From Hamiltosporidium tvaerminnensis FI-OER-3-3 (lineage: Eukaryota > Fungi > Microsporidia), in assembly GCA_022605425.2 (NCBI GenBank), contig JAKIMF020000005.1, positions 992,001 to 1,056,000 of the forward strand: DNA of 64,000 bases. The letters run 5' to 3'. The notes under the pieces were generated by a model. The model had not been told where the DNA came from. It saw nothing but the letters and a program-made list of their open reading frames with translations, and did no database searches. A program made the position numbers and the translations under genes. How positions within the stretch are numbered: position 1 is the first letter of the stretch; the number at the start of each line of letters is the position of its first letter. Shown here piece after piece: positions 10,740-23,150 of the stretch.

Positions 10740-12100
10740 TATGTAATGGTTCCAATGCCGTACGATCGAAATGGATTTGGCAAAATACCCACGGCTTCCT
10801 TCTATTCCTCTCCCTAGTTTTTATATTTGATGCCAGGTTTATCTTTTCCTGGGTATATAGCTTTTTTTTATTTTATGCCATAGGCAGGTATAACTAATAC
10901 TCCCTGTAGAATTGCTTTGGCAATATTTGGGGAGAATATAATTCGTAATTTCATATTATGTCGATGTATTTGGTAGCTGAGATTAACAAGAATATCCTTG
11001 TTTGCTCCTTTTCTGTCTTATATTTCTCATTGGAACATTTTCTATTAGAAATATAACTTTTTTAGTATTTTTCATTTTATGGAAGCTTTTTTTCTAGTAA
11101 AATTCTTTTGCATTTTCAGACAATCTAGTTGTGATAAAGTAATAAGTTGTTTTGAAGGTGAGACTCCAAGACTTCTAAAAATTTCTGATACAACTTATCC
11201 GTATATTTTTACAATCCATTTGAAATATACCTTTCTTTTGTTCATACCGCGCTAATGCATTACCTACCATTGATTCTATGCTTATTTAAATGGAACTACT
11301 ACTATAGGATAATTTTCTAACGATATTGTGTTGCTTTTTAAAAGAATATTTTTTTGCAAATAATCTAATACTTATAACAATTTCAACTCTTGATGGTAGT
11401 TTTGCCGTATACACTCCGTAACCCGACTTTCATTGTGATTTTCTCGTACAATCTTTTATTATCCTCTCATAATTATACACAGGCAAATTTTTTAGAATAA
11501 CTAAAGCATTTTCGTTAAGGTATCTTTTATAGCTTAATATGCTATATTAATCTCTGCCTGTTAGCTTAAAAAAAATTTCAAAATGACGGATTTACTCGAA
11601 AATTGAAGTATTTACTGCAGGAAATCTGAATGTTTAACAAACAAAAGCTGATTCTTTTTGCACAAGAAACTATATTTATATATCCTATAACGGCTTGGAG
11701 TTTTCTTTTCATTTAAAGCCCAACTGATCTACACCCACCTAAATATGAAATGAAATAGAATATTACCGTTGAATTACTCTCTTAATCTTCTTACCTATGC
11801 TCTTTTACAAGCTTGAATTAACCCAGATTTTTATTATGGTACAGTAACTTCATAAAATTCAAAATTGCATTAATAGATCGAGTTGCAATGCATTGAATGA
11901 AAATATATGACTATCAAGCCATACTTTCTTTGAAATGACGTTGAAAGCTCAAATGTTGCTTCTATGTACAATTCGAACGAATAATAAAATAATCTGTATT
12001 GCGCTTTCGGGCCATTCGTTCAGTTTTAAATGGTTTTTTATATAATTTACGTTCTTCATCAACATACAATAGCGTTTGTCACACGACTTGTTAACTTACA
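10740..12100 (-). mobile_element. Possible highly decayed Ty3/gypsy pol remnant
   Basis: Fragmentary motifs on the minus strand in the expected order: PF...NGPKA (~12020, RT PFGL.NAP-like), IICKK (~11355), INGR (~11268) and RSLGVSP (~11165, integrase end). Spacing is imperfect and there are many stops. Confidence 0.25.
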
Positions 12101-15100
12101 GATGATCGACATAAAAGAAATTATTTTATAGTCGGAATCACCATGTGGCATCTCTTCTAGTACTATATAAGTTTAATTACATTGACCGTAAGCAAAAATA
12201 GGCCTTAATACTAAATATATGCTTTGCATAATATTACTGAAATCACCTAAGTTTTGATAAAATAAATATGTATGAATAGCTATTCATGCGAAATCATAGT
12301 TAGGAACTAAGCATAATGTTTTTAAACGTACCAAGCAAGGCCAAGAGCTTATTTGACGTATCTTTAACGAGTTATAGCAGACAAGCATCATAATAAACTA
12401 TTTCATTACCTTTTTAAACTTATTATTTGTAAAAATTTAGACCTTACACGATTGAAAATACGCATATGTTATGAAAGGTAATACAGCATATGACATAGTA
12501 TACTTTAAAATTGGACAATATATGAGTGTTTTCTTCACTTGATTTCCACTTTTATACATAATAAGTATGTTTCTTAGACATACAAAATTTGTTCGTTTTA
12601 TTTTTAGTTTCGATATATTATCTTCTACATTATATGTAAATGAAACAAACCCATGTTTTAGAAGAACTTGGTTTCTCTGTAATAAACTTCTTACGTATAT
12701 TTAAAAAATTACGACCCGAAAAATTTTATTTTATATTTTTCCGTTCAGACATATCTACAATAATCAAAAGATATGCCTCTTAACAACACAAAAATGCAGT
12801 AGTTATTAAGCGCATGGTGTCTGTAATTGATCCACGCATATAAAAACTCATATCTTATAAAACCGGGCGATTTAAGGTGTTAAATCATACCTACCAATTG
12901 TCTTGAAAATTTTCAAATCTAAACTACATCTTCACCGTTTTATTGTCGATAGTTTTTTCTTTAATTTTTATAAATACATAAATATCAGGATTTTATGGCC
13001 AGGTATATAAGCTAATGGAATGTATTGATGAGAAAGGTGAAGATTCTATGTCAATTTAAATTAAATTCCTGCATTAATCTCCATATGATTTTATTTTAAG
13101 CTAATTTTTTAACGCATCAAGAGTTAAGATTTGACCGATTTTCTAAACACAGTACTCAGTAAGTAATTTCCAGTCACTTGATGCATTGTTTGAAATTTTT
13201 TCTGCACAGCGAAAAAAATATAGGTATTTCCTGCGAGTTGGCTTTTATCGAACCGAGCATTATCTATATAAACATTAACCAGTTGTTTTCGGAAAAATCT
13301 AAAGACAGATATGATTCATGAGTAAAGATTTATAGCATATGGTGACCTCAGAAAAAAGAAAGAGGAAAGTATTAAGCAAGATTTATGCACAAAACCCGTA
13401 AATTCATGTTCATGCAATGCTTAATGTGGCTTTAATCTTGTTTTTTATGCAGAGACAGAATGAAGGGGGTAGAGAGAAGCGATTTTGATACTTTTGTATC
13501 CTGTATTTACTTTATCAGAGTTGTTTGCATAGTATTTTCTTTATTTTCTTACTGTCATTTTATTATTCATACACCAAGAACTATGAACAAAATAATTATT
13601 ATTAGGAATCATTTTCCTGTCAATATTGTATATTTTTTGTAATTATTTAATTTATCTGGTTTTCATTTGATTTTTACATAAAAACGAAGGATTTTATGTC
13701 GTAAAATGAAATTAAGTTTTGTTTTATCCCTTTAAATCTAAAATAATTTTCTCAAACATTTAATTTAGAAATTACATTTATATTATGATTGTTTTAGATA
13801 TAATCCTTGGTTTTTTTGTTCGTAAGTAAAATTGTTGAATATAAGGATAAATTGCCTTTTAAGTGCTTCAAAAAAAATTCACAAAAGATAATAATTAGAT
13901 CAAAATCAATATATACAGCCAAACTCTACAAAAAATGGTGTTTGTAAGATAGATCCGAGTTAAAAAATTTAAGGAATATACAATTTAGATTCTAATCTAA
14001 CCAATACTTCTATATACTTAACCAGGGAATACGACTTATTTTTATCTATAAATAAGTTAATATTTTTTTATTGTAATAAGAGTCTTCCACGTATAAAGTC
14101 AATCTGAATAATGCAGATCTTTTATTCATTTTCCAATTATTAATCTAAAATTATATAATGAAAATACACTTCTTATTTCCTCAAAGAAGGTTTATAAAAA
14201 ATCATTCCTAAATTTTAAGCTCATATAAAAATAAATATCATCAAATCAAAATTAAAAAAAATGTTTTTTACATTTTTTTATAGTGTATAGAACAAAATAA
14301 ACTTAAATGGCATTTAAATCTTTTCAGGTTAGATCATACCGTTTCAAATATGTTTTTGTGCTCTCAAATTATATCATCCAAGAAAAATGATTGCAAGATA
14401 GTGAATTATATTTATAATTTGTTATTTTTTCATCATCTTTTATATTACAAAGAAAACTTTATTATATAATTTCATTGTTTTTACATAAATTAATTAATAA
14501 TTTTGTATCTTAAGATGTATAAAATCCGAGTTTAGGTAATTAAAATATTTTATGAAAGAACATTATTCGCTTTGCAAACTTGAATTTCCAATATTTGCTT
14601 GAAAATCCCACCAATAAAGATTAACAAAATCTTATAGGTATTTATATCACATTTAGATTTAACTTAAAAGTATTATGATTAGATTAATTTCAAAAAACAA
14701 GTGCCATATATAAAAATGTGTAAAACACATTGTGTTACTTCTTTAAATGAAAAAGTTTCGTAATTGTATTGAAAAAATATATTCTATAAAAGAGAAAATA
14801 GAATAGAAATTTAAATATCAAAATTGTTTGGCAAGAAAAACTATTTATTATCATTTTTCTAAGCCCAAATTAAAATTTCATCAAAAAAAGAAGAAAGAAG
14901 ATAAAACAACGAATTATTTTTTTTTATTTAGATTTTGATTTTTTTAAAAGTAAAATAAAATTTGTTTTAAAATATTTTATCAAATTTTTGAGAGGAAAAT
15001 GGAACAAAAATTATAAACTATGGAAGAGAAGTATCTCTAGTTTTCATTAAATAGAGATAAATTCTTGTATTTAGTAATTACACTAATTGAATGATAGAAG

Positions 15101-15207
15101 ATAAAAATAAACATACAAAGCCTATAAAATATCATTTGTAAGAATTTATTTATTTTTGTTATGGAAGTCATAGCAAGCATCTTAATACAATTTGTGTAGA
15201 AAATAAA

Positions 15208-17733
15208 CTAATTTTTTGTAGCCTCATAATATGTGCAAAGAGATATAGAACGTAAATCTGATTGGAAAATAAAATTGATTACATTTAAAACATGAATATC
15301 ATTTTTTAAATTTGCATTTTCTTTCAAAGGAAATATCGCTTTAGAAAAAATATCGATCAAATGACCTACAAGTTTCGGGTCTTCGGAATTGCATTTCATA
15401 TTCATAATCAGATTTTTAATTTTTTCAATCATTTTGATTCTTTCATATCCGATCGCAAATTTCATTAAATCTAAAATACTATCCAATTTTTTCTTATCAT
15501 TTTTTAATTTTTTGTTTAATAAAATTTTTCTATAGTGATGAGGTATTATACCATTCATCGTTTCTCTTATATAAAACAAAACAACCCCTAAATTTGTTAA
15601 AACATTAGTTTCTTCTATTTTGTAATATTCCTGCTTTTCAATTTTTTTAATCTTTTCTTTTACATCAGCGTTGTTGATTTCCTTTATAAAACCGTATGTG
15701 CATGAAATATTACTTATGATTAAAAAATCAATGAGCTTAAAAATAAAGTTATCTATAGAGTTGACTACTCTATTTCTCTTTATTCTATAACATCCGAAAA
15801 GAGATTTGAACCATTTTTTTACACCAGATTCGTTTTGTTCAATTTTTCTATCAAGCAATTTTCTATAATGCTCTTCAATTTTAATCCTGTCCTCTCTATC
15901 TAATAAGGAAGTATCTACACTCATCACATCACTTTTTTTAAATGTCAAAATATTCTTTTTTAACATTCTTTTCTTGTTATAAGGAGGAATATGGACGTTT
16001 TCGCGAGATACGATTTGTTTCAGCACCATTTTATATAAAATTTCTTGTTTTTCAGAACGCCTTATCATATTTTGAAATTCTGATTTTTCATTCCCAGTAT
16101 ATTCACGCTTAACAAAGGAATCAACAGGTATAATCTCTCTAATATTAGGCTTATGAAAATTTTCTACTTCTAAGCCTGAATTTTTATCCATTTTACATTC
16201 TGATCCATCAAATTCGTACGCTGTCTCTTTATTAGTATCCTTTTCTGTGCCTATGCAGTATTCCTCTTTTAATTCTGCTTGAACATCAACTAATTTCGTT
16301 TTCTCATTTATTACATTTATTAAACATTCTTTTTTTAAATTATCACCATCAAAGTTATTATCCGAACATTGTTTACTATCAGTTTCTTTGCTTAAAGCTA
16401 TAATATTAGATGAATTAATCATCAGAATTTTGTCAATAAAGGATTCTTCATTAGAATTTTTATTTTCGGATCTAAAATTTTCAAACGCTTTTTTATATTC
16501 ATTACTTTCTTTGTTCTGGTCTAGATTCAAATGAACAATACTTAGCACTTTTTTAGTTTCCTCCAGTTCGTCTATTATTTTACAGCCCAAATTTCCCATA
16601 CGCTCCTTGTTTTGTCGAATTATTTTTTCGGTTTGGCTTCCTTCAATCCCCTCATCTTCAATAGGTATTATTTTAGCTTCATTACTTCTAATTTTAAAAT
16701 CAGATTCCATTTCTTGCTTATCACTATGGTTCTTATCCCAATTATTATATTCTTTTTTAATGTTAATTTTCTTTGCCTCTTTAATAAAAAATTTTTGTAT
16801 CGTATAATTATTATTTTCTCTACCCTTCTCTAATTCCCCAGATACATTGCGATGAACGAATTCTTCCTCTTTTTGTAAGTTTTCATAGTTTATAACACAT
16901 TTTTGCTCTAGCATTATATTCTTTACATTCCTATTTAAAGGTATACTTCCGCTATCAACAGATTTTTTATTCTCCGGTTTTACATTTTCCTTCAATCCAA
17001 CAATCTCCTCGGGCTTTATCCATCGAGTCAATCTTCTTTTGGCCTTTTTCCTTTTTTGATTCTCTACCTTATTAACCTTATAAGGCACAATGGAAAATGT
17101 ATTTGTGGTTTTTGCGGCCATATGATACTCACTATCGCCGGGGATTTTTTCTATCTCTTTATCTTTAAAATATTTTATTTTTTCCACTGATGCTTTTGGA
17201 CAGATATACTTTTTTGCAATTTCTGATACAGATAAAACACTTTTTTCGTCTCTGGCCTCGCCGTTTAAAGTATCTGTAGATATATTTTGAATATTAGAAA
17301 TTCTTTTATCTTCTAACACCTCGTTGCTCATAATTTTCTTTATTAAAAATCTGGCCACTGGAAGATTCTTGTTTATAAGACCACTATCATTTTTGTGAAG
17401 CCCAATCATGATCTTGAACTCATTATTTCTAAAAAAATCATCTTTTTGCGACGACTTATTGGTTTCTACACACTCACGTAATTTTAAACCATTTTTCTTC
17501 ACAGAATTCGCCGCAACTTCTTCTTCGATTTCAAATTGACACCTCATTTGTCTTTCCGCCAAACTATTATCAATTTTTTCATTGGATATTGAAACAACCT
17601 GGTTCTTTCCCGTGTTTTTTATATACCCTGTCATATATTTGTTTATTGATAATTTTTTATTTATACATTTTGTTTTTTGAAATTTTGAAACAGTTTGAAT
17701 TAAATGCCAATTGATTTCAGCTTGATAAGGCAT
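15208..17733 (-). CDS. Large Lys/Glu/Asn-rich protein with C-terminal degenerate RhoGAP-like domain
   Basis: Long ORF; the track start at 17754 is GTG and the first ATG is 17733. The C-terminal ~190 aa FIFKLIDFL...YGFIK...VKEKIKKIE...NVLTNLGVVLFYIRETMNGIIP...IFSKAIFP...VINFIFQ follows the RhoGAP helix pattern (GIFR..., LK.FLRELP.PLIP, F.P.L, ++.FLI). Confidence 0.7.
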   Translation of the reverse strand: MPYQAEINWHLIQTVSKFQKTKCINKKLSINKYMTGYIKNTGKNQVVSISNEKIDNSLAERQMRCQFEIEEEVAANSVKKNGLKLRECVETNKSSQKDDFFRNNEFKIMIGLHKNDSGLINKNLPVARFLIKKIMSNEVLEDKRISNIQNISTDTLNGEARDEKSVLSVSEIAKKYICPKASVEKIKYFKDKEIEKIPGDSEYHMAAKTTNTFSIVPYKVNKVENQKRKKAKRRLTRWIKPEEIVGLKENVKPENKKSVDSGSIPLNRNVKNIMLEQKCVINYENLQKEEEFVHRNVSGELEKGRENNNYTIQKFFIKEAKKINIKKEYNNWDKNHSDKQEMESDFKIRSNEAKIIPIEDEGIEGSQTEKIIRQNKERMGNLGCKIIDELEETKKVLSIVHLNLDQNKESNEYKKAFENFRSENKNSNEESFIDKILMINSSNIIALSKETDSKQCSDNNFDGDNLKKECLINVINEKTKLVDVQAELKEEYCIGTEKDTNKETAYEFDGSECKMDKNSGLEVENFHKPNIREIIPVDSFVKREYTGNEKSEFQNMIRRSEKQEILYKMVLKQIVSRENVHIPPYNKKRMLKKNILTFKKSDVMSVDTSLLDREDRIKIEEHYRKLLDRKIEQNESGVKKWFKSLFGCYRIKRNRVVNSIDNFIFKLIDFLIISNISCTYGFIKEINNADVKEKIKKIEKQEYYKIEETNVLTNLGVVLFYIRETMNGIIPHHYRKILLNKKLKNDKKKLDSILDLMKFAIGYERIKMIEKIKNLIMNMKCNSEDPKLVGHLIDIFSKAIFPLKENANLKNDIHVLNVINFIFQSDLRSISLCTYYEATKN

Positions 17734-20700
17734 GAAATTGATTAAAAAAATCACAACTTTCTTGATCCTTAATTTCCATTTGCAATATTAAGTATTTAGA
17801 ATATATTTTCGTTTTAGATAACATTTTTAATGTATAAAACATATAGATATATCTAAATTATATTAAAAATATCTGCTTATACCTATTTTTTAATTGTTTT
17901 GTTTGGAATCAACTTAAAGAATCAATACAAACTTTGTAAAAAAGTTGTACGAAACTTTATAAATATTGTTCCATATAAGGAAATTTATAGGTATTATATT
18001 CTTTATTTTTTGTTTATATATAAAGAACAAATTTTCAATGTTTTAAATACACAAAAAAAAGTGTATATAAACATTTAAACTTACAAAATTCAAAATTTTG
18101 TGCACCTGGCTTAAAAATGAGGTTATATAAGTAAAACTTTTATATATTTTTTAAATAATCAATATAATTGCAGCTAAATATGTGCTTTGGTTTCTAAACC
18201 AAATTTTCACCGAGATTTAATTTCTATTAGAATATTTATAGTTATAACACAGACAAAAGATTAAAGATCGAAGTTTGATCTGCAAAATATGAATTAGAAA
18301 TTAGTATTTTTAGAATTTATTTAAAACTTTGTACAGTGTTTGAGTTTATATTGCCATTTTATTGTAATAGATAGCCTTTTCTTTTTTGTCTTTTCCTAAA
18401 ATAAAAAGTCCTGTGTGTATTTAAAACAAGTATTTTTAGTAGTAAAATATATGAAAGGCATCTCATTTTGTAATCATTTGATATTTGATCTAAAAGTCAA
18501 ATATTTCTTGATCTCACTTGCTCCTTTGACTATGTTTTTTACTTGGGTAATTTCAATAGTCAATTCCTTTCTTATTCCCTTTTTTCATATAAAAAAAAAT
18601 ACTTTGTTGCCAAATTTCTATGAAAAGAGAATATTTTATGATATTTCATGTGCAAGAGGTGCTTAAAAAGTGGCTATAGACCCGATAAATACCATTCTTT
18701 TTTTATTGTCTACAACCTTTATATAAATTCTTTTACAACTTTTATAAATTTAATTTGCTCAAACTTTTGTTTAAAAATAAAATTGCGCTAGAAAAATCCA
18801 ATTATATTTAATATTTTAATTTCATATTTTTTTGCAATTATAGCTCCTTTTGTTACGTTAAGTGAATATGATTAACGCAGTATTCAAATTTTAGTCACTG
18901 ATATACCAAATATATCATTTTATTTTTTAATTGAATAATCAGCTGCAAAAAATAGATTTAGTAGATTTATTGCAATAATTTTCTCTTATCTTATAAATTA
19001 TTTCCTTAGAAAAAATATATTCGCCAAATCTAATAATATCTTTGCTATTATCTCTGCTCAGGTATATAAATCTATGTATATTGCAAAAACTTGATTTGCA
19101 CGATACTTAGAAAGTATTTCAATGTGTACTTTTTACCTAAAATATAAACCAAACTATTATGTTTCTCTTAATTGCACCAAAAACAATAAAGCATATTAAA
19201 AATAGAAATTTCAATATTCTTATATTTAAACTGATACAAATGTACTAAAAATCATGTTTTTCGGCCAAATCTATAGATTCTTTTATACCAAGATCTTCCT
19301 CAGGGCATATTTACAAGGAAAACAAGCAGATGTTCTTTAAAAAGAGACTTTAACATATATCTTTGCATATTTGAGATATCTTGTACGATTTTGGTAACTT
19401 AACAACCCATCAGGGTTTTATAGGCTACACATAATCTCGTAGAAGATTAAATTGATGCTTCTTGACAATGTATTTCTTAGTTTTAGTTTCTATTCTTTAA
19501 AAAACGACCATAGATAAACATTCTACATCATTCCTTGCAAAATCATCATGATTATTTTTTTGGATGAATATACACATGGGCTTGTATAAAATGAAGCAGA
19601 AATTAGAAATTATTTTCTGATTTGATATAAATTTCATCAAATAAAATGCTAAGCATAAATTATTGAAACAAAAACGGCATTAGATGAGATTTTACGGATG
19701 TGACCGGATCTAAACCAGTTTTTTAGAAATCCAAATCCACATTAGAACTGTTTTGATTGAATTTTTTTTAGATTGGGCATTCCGCTAAAAAATATAATAT
19801 ATATTACCTATTAAATGCAAAATATTCAAACATACGTATAATATTTCGTAATCGTACACTCATAAATGTATAATTAGTAACAAAAAGAAAAAAATTTAAG
19901 ATATATAGATATAGAAATAATATGACCAATTTAATTTTAGAAACTTCGATCTGGGCAAATAATATATATCGATAATTGAAGAAATGATGAACTGACTCAA
20001 ACATATTTTTTCTCAAATTAGAAGTGAAATCAAAAAATATGTTTTTAATGAAATTACAGATATTTTCTTCTACCTTCATGTCATTCTAAACAGCACTAGT
20101 CAGAAAATACAAAAGAAATAAACACAATAGATGTCTCTCTGATTATGTTTTCTTAGATTCATTTACCTCATGATTCAAGGTAACCAAAGCTTTGGTATCA
20201 AGAAAATTATAATTTTTTTGTATTTTTTTAGTGGGGAAAAACCCACAATAGTCCAAAATTCATAATCGCTTTACACAGTTAAAATAAACTTTAAAAGGCA
20301 AATATTTAGCTCAAACGTATATTTAATCCACTAATATTTCTAAAATTCGAGTTTTAATTTTCTTTAAAATATATTTATAGTCTATCTTATTATCCAGGAA
20401 TTTCTCAATTATATTCTACAATTTTTCATAAATAATTCTTATACAACTTTTATATCTAAACATAATTATATATCAAACTTAGTCATTATTATAAATTTAA
20501 TTTTAAATACACATTCATATCTATAAAAGTCGTTTACACTGATTTAATTTGAATTCATACTTTTTATTTTCTTATTTAAGCATCTAAGATTATAATTTTT
20601 ACCTTTTACTTTAGTTTTACTACTATTTGAATGTTAAAAATTAAGGAGTAATAACATTGCGCATTCTTTTTGTATCCTTTTTTTAAGTCAATTTCGAAGA

Positions 20701-22429
20701 AAATTTTAATCCGTTTAACCATCGATAAATTGTATTTTATTCTAAGCTATATAATTATAGAAAAATTGATTATTAAATGGATTTATGATTTTTGAGATAA
20801 ACTATAAAATTTAATAAAATTTTGTTTCAATAGTGTAGGTTTGACTATATAGTGTAATCTTTATAACCTAATTTTTGTCAGAAAAACCGAACTTTATTGA
20901 AATGATTAATGTTTTACGTAAATATGCTTCGTATTTGTGCAAAGTTTAATTTTTTTTACAGCAAGGATAATAAAATATATCCAAATCAATGTCTCTCAAC
21001 ATTTAGATAAGAAGAACAAAATAAAATTCTATGTTTTAGAAAAAAAAACCAATTTCATATAAATTTGTGGTTGTGATAAACAAAAATGAATTAGAATCTT
21101 TTAAAAAGAGTAATTAAAGTTAAATTTTGTAAAAAGAATATTTTTAAAGATTTTAATTATTAAATTTATTAAAAATTGTTTCATAAACTCAGCTAAAAAA
21201 AATCAATTTTTTAATTTTTATTCAGCCAAGAATCTATTTTTTTACATTTTTCGAACGCGAAAAGCATACACATATATAAATTTAATCATTATCCAAATTT
21301 TGACATCAATTTAAATTGTTTAAAACATTCCTCTGTATATTTTTATACGCATTCGGATACTTAAAGCTATTCTTTCTCTTTGGAGTAGAAGGAATTATAT
21401 TTAAGCTTGGTCTATAAAAAAAAAGGTCTCAGTGTTTTTGCCTTTACATCTAAATTTGTATTTGGTTTAGTAGTTTTATTAAAATTTTAATTTTGTTTGG
21501 TCTCATAAAGAATGCTGGGCACAATACAATAAAAATTATTAAGTCGACATAATATATGTCTGCTATAAATATGCCTAAGAAATATTGCTGTACATTAATC
21601 GTATAAAATTTGAAATTAGGGCTTAAAGTTTTAAAGATGTTCGAAATTATTTTTTAAAATGCTTATTCCATTCACTTCACAATAACTTACATCGGTTCCC
21701 AAAATGGTAACTTTAAATTAATGGCAGAAAATAGAATGACACAACCACTACAACACGTATGAAAAAACAAACATTTGAATTTATATGACACATATTAGCT
21801 ATTTATATATTAAATCCATTATTTATATCCGTATGACTAGAAAAAACTATTTGCTGCATTATATTTATAAAAGTGATTTTGTTTGAATCTTTGTATTTTA
21901 TTGAAGACTAAAAAATATTTGTTGTAGGTTCAATTCAATTAACAAATTTGCTCTTTCACTTTATTTCTCTATTAAGATTTTTTTGTGCTTCTTCGTGTGA
22001 AGTTTATTGCTTTTTATAGAATTTTCAGGCGGTTATTAGTGATTATTTACGTTAGTTCTTTTATTACTCAATCTAAATATTCGGTTTAATTACTTGTTTT
22101 CGAGATTGAAAGTTCCTTTGAATTTTCAAAAAGGTAAAATTCTATCTAAAATAGCAATACGACTAAATTTATTGGCATCTCTCACGTAGAAAATCATAGC
22201 TTTTACTGTAATTTCCGCTACAGAAGAAGATAAATCACTGTTGCATAAATCCTTTAAATTATACGAACTTTTGGACATAGAAAGTATTCTAATAGTTCAG
22301 TTAAGAAACCAAAAGGTGTTCATAAAGATACACAATAATTTTTTTTCATTTTCTAATAATAAAATTCTTTTTAATAATCTTAATCTCTCGTTTATAATTC
22401 CTTCTGTCTCTTTAATATCCATATTTTAT

Positions 22430-23150
22430 TTCTAATTCGACTCTTCATTTATGTTCATTGTCGTTTCCTAAAGAAGGTTTCTTTGTTGTAATAAGAGGTG
22501 TATTATTTCTTGTAGTAACATGTTTACCAAATTTGCCTCATTATTCGCTTATTTGAGATGTGTTGCTTCCTCATTTTTCTAACTATCACTTCCGCGGTGC
22601 TACCGCCCTTGGAAACTCCGGGCCTTCTTAACGACTCTCCCATATTCGTCTCAATCGTGTATTCAGTTTTTCTGTTGTAATACACTGATTTTTCTTAGAT
22701 CCCATTCTTTTCACTTTTCTTTAGGCTCTTTTATTACACCCATCGGCACTCCTTCGAAGCCTTCATCTCCATTTTATCCTGAATCGTGTTCCCTTGGTTA
22801 ATCAAAAGAAATTGTTTCGACCCTCTTCCTGTGTACTTTTTACTAGATACATGTCTATGTTTTCATAGGTATTTGCAGTGTTTCAATATACGTCTTGCGG
22901 TGTTCAAAATATCGTTCAGGGCTATCACATAACGAACTATCTTACAAATTCATTTACAAATAAAACCTAACTCGTTATATTAGGTCATATTCCTTATTTT
23001 TTCTGTTTTAATTATTTAAGTGGGTTTTGGAAATCGATTCCAACATCAATGAAAGCTATCATATTCGTCTATATGTTCAAAATGAATAAATATAGTCTAT
23101 TATTCCGAATTTCGACATAGCCGTTTTATTATACTTTAACTATTATCTTT
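22430..23150 (-). mobile_element. 3' remnant of R4/Dong-like non-LTR retrotransposon
   Basis: Minus strand EKIR.YDL..NELG (~22970-23005) and IVRYVIA (IIPYVMTW equivalent, ~22930), followed by the same GA-rich tail as the other copies. Confidence 0.65.

Noticed and set aside
17734-17779. Upstream ATG (MEIKDQESCDF) one base out of frame with the RhoGAP-like ORF across a T7 run
   Set aside because: Could be a homopolymer error or a chance uORF; cannot be decided without reads.
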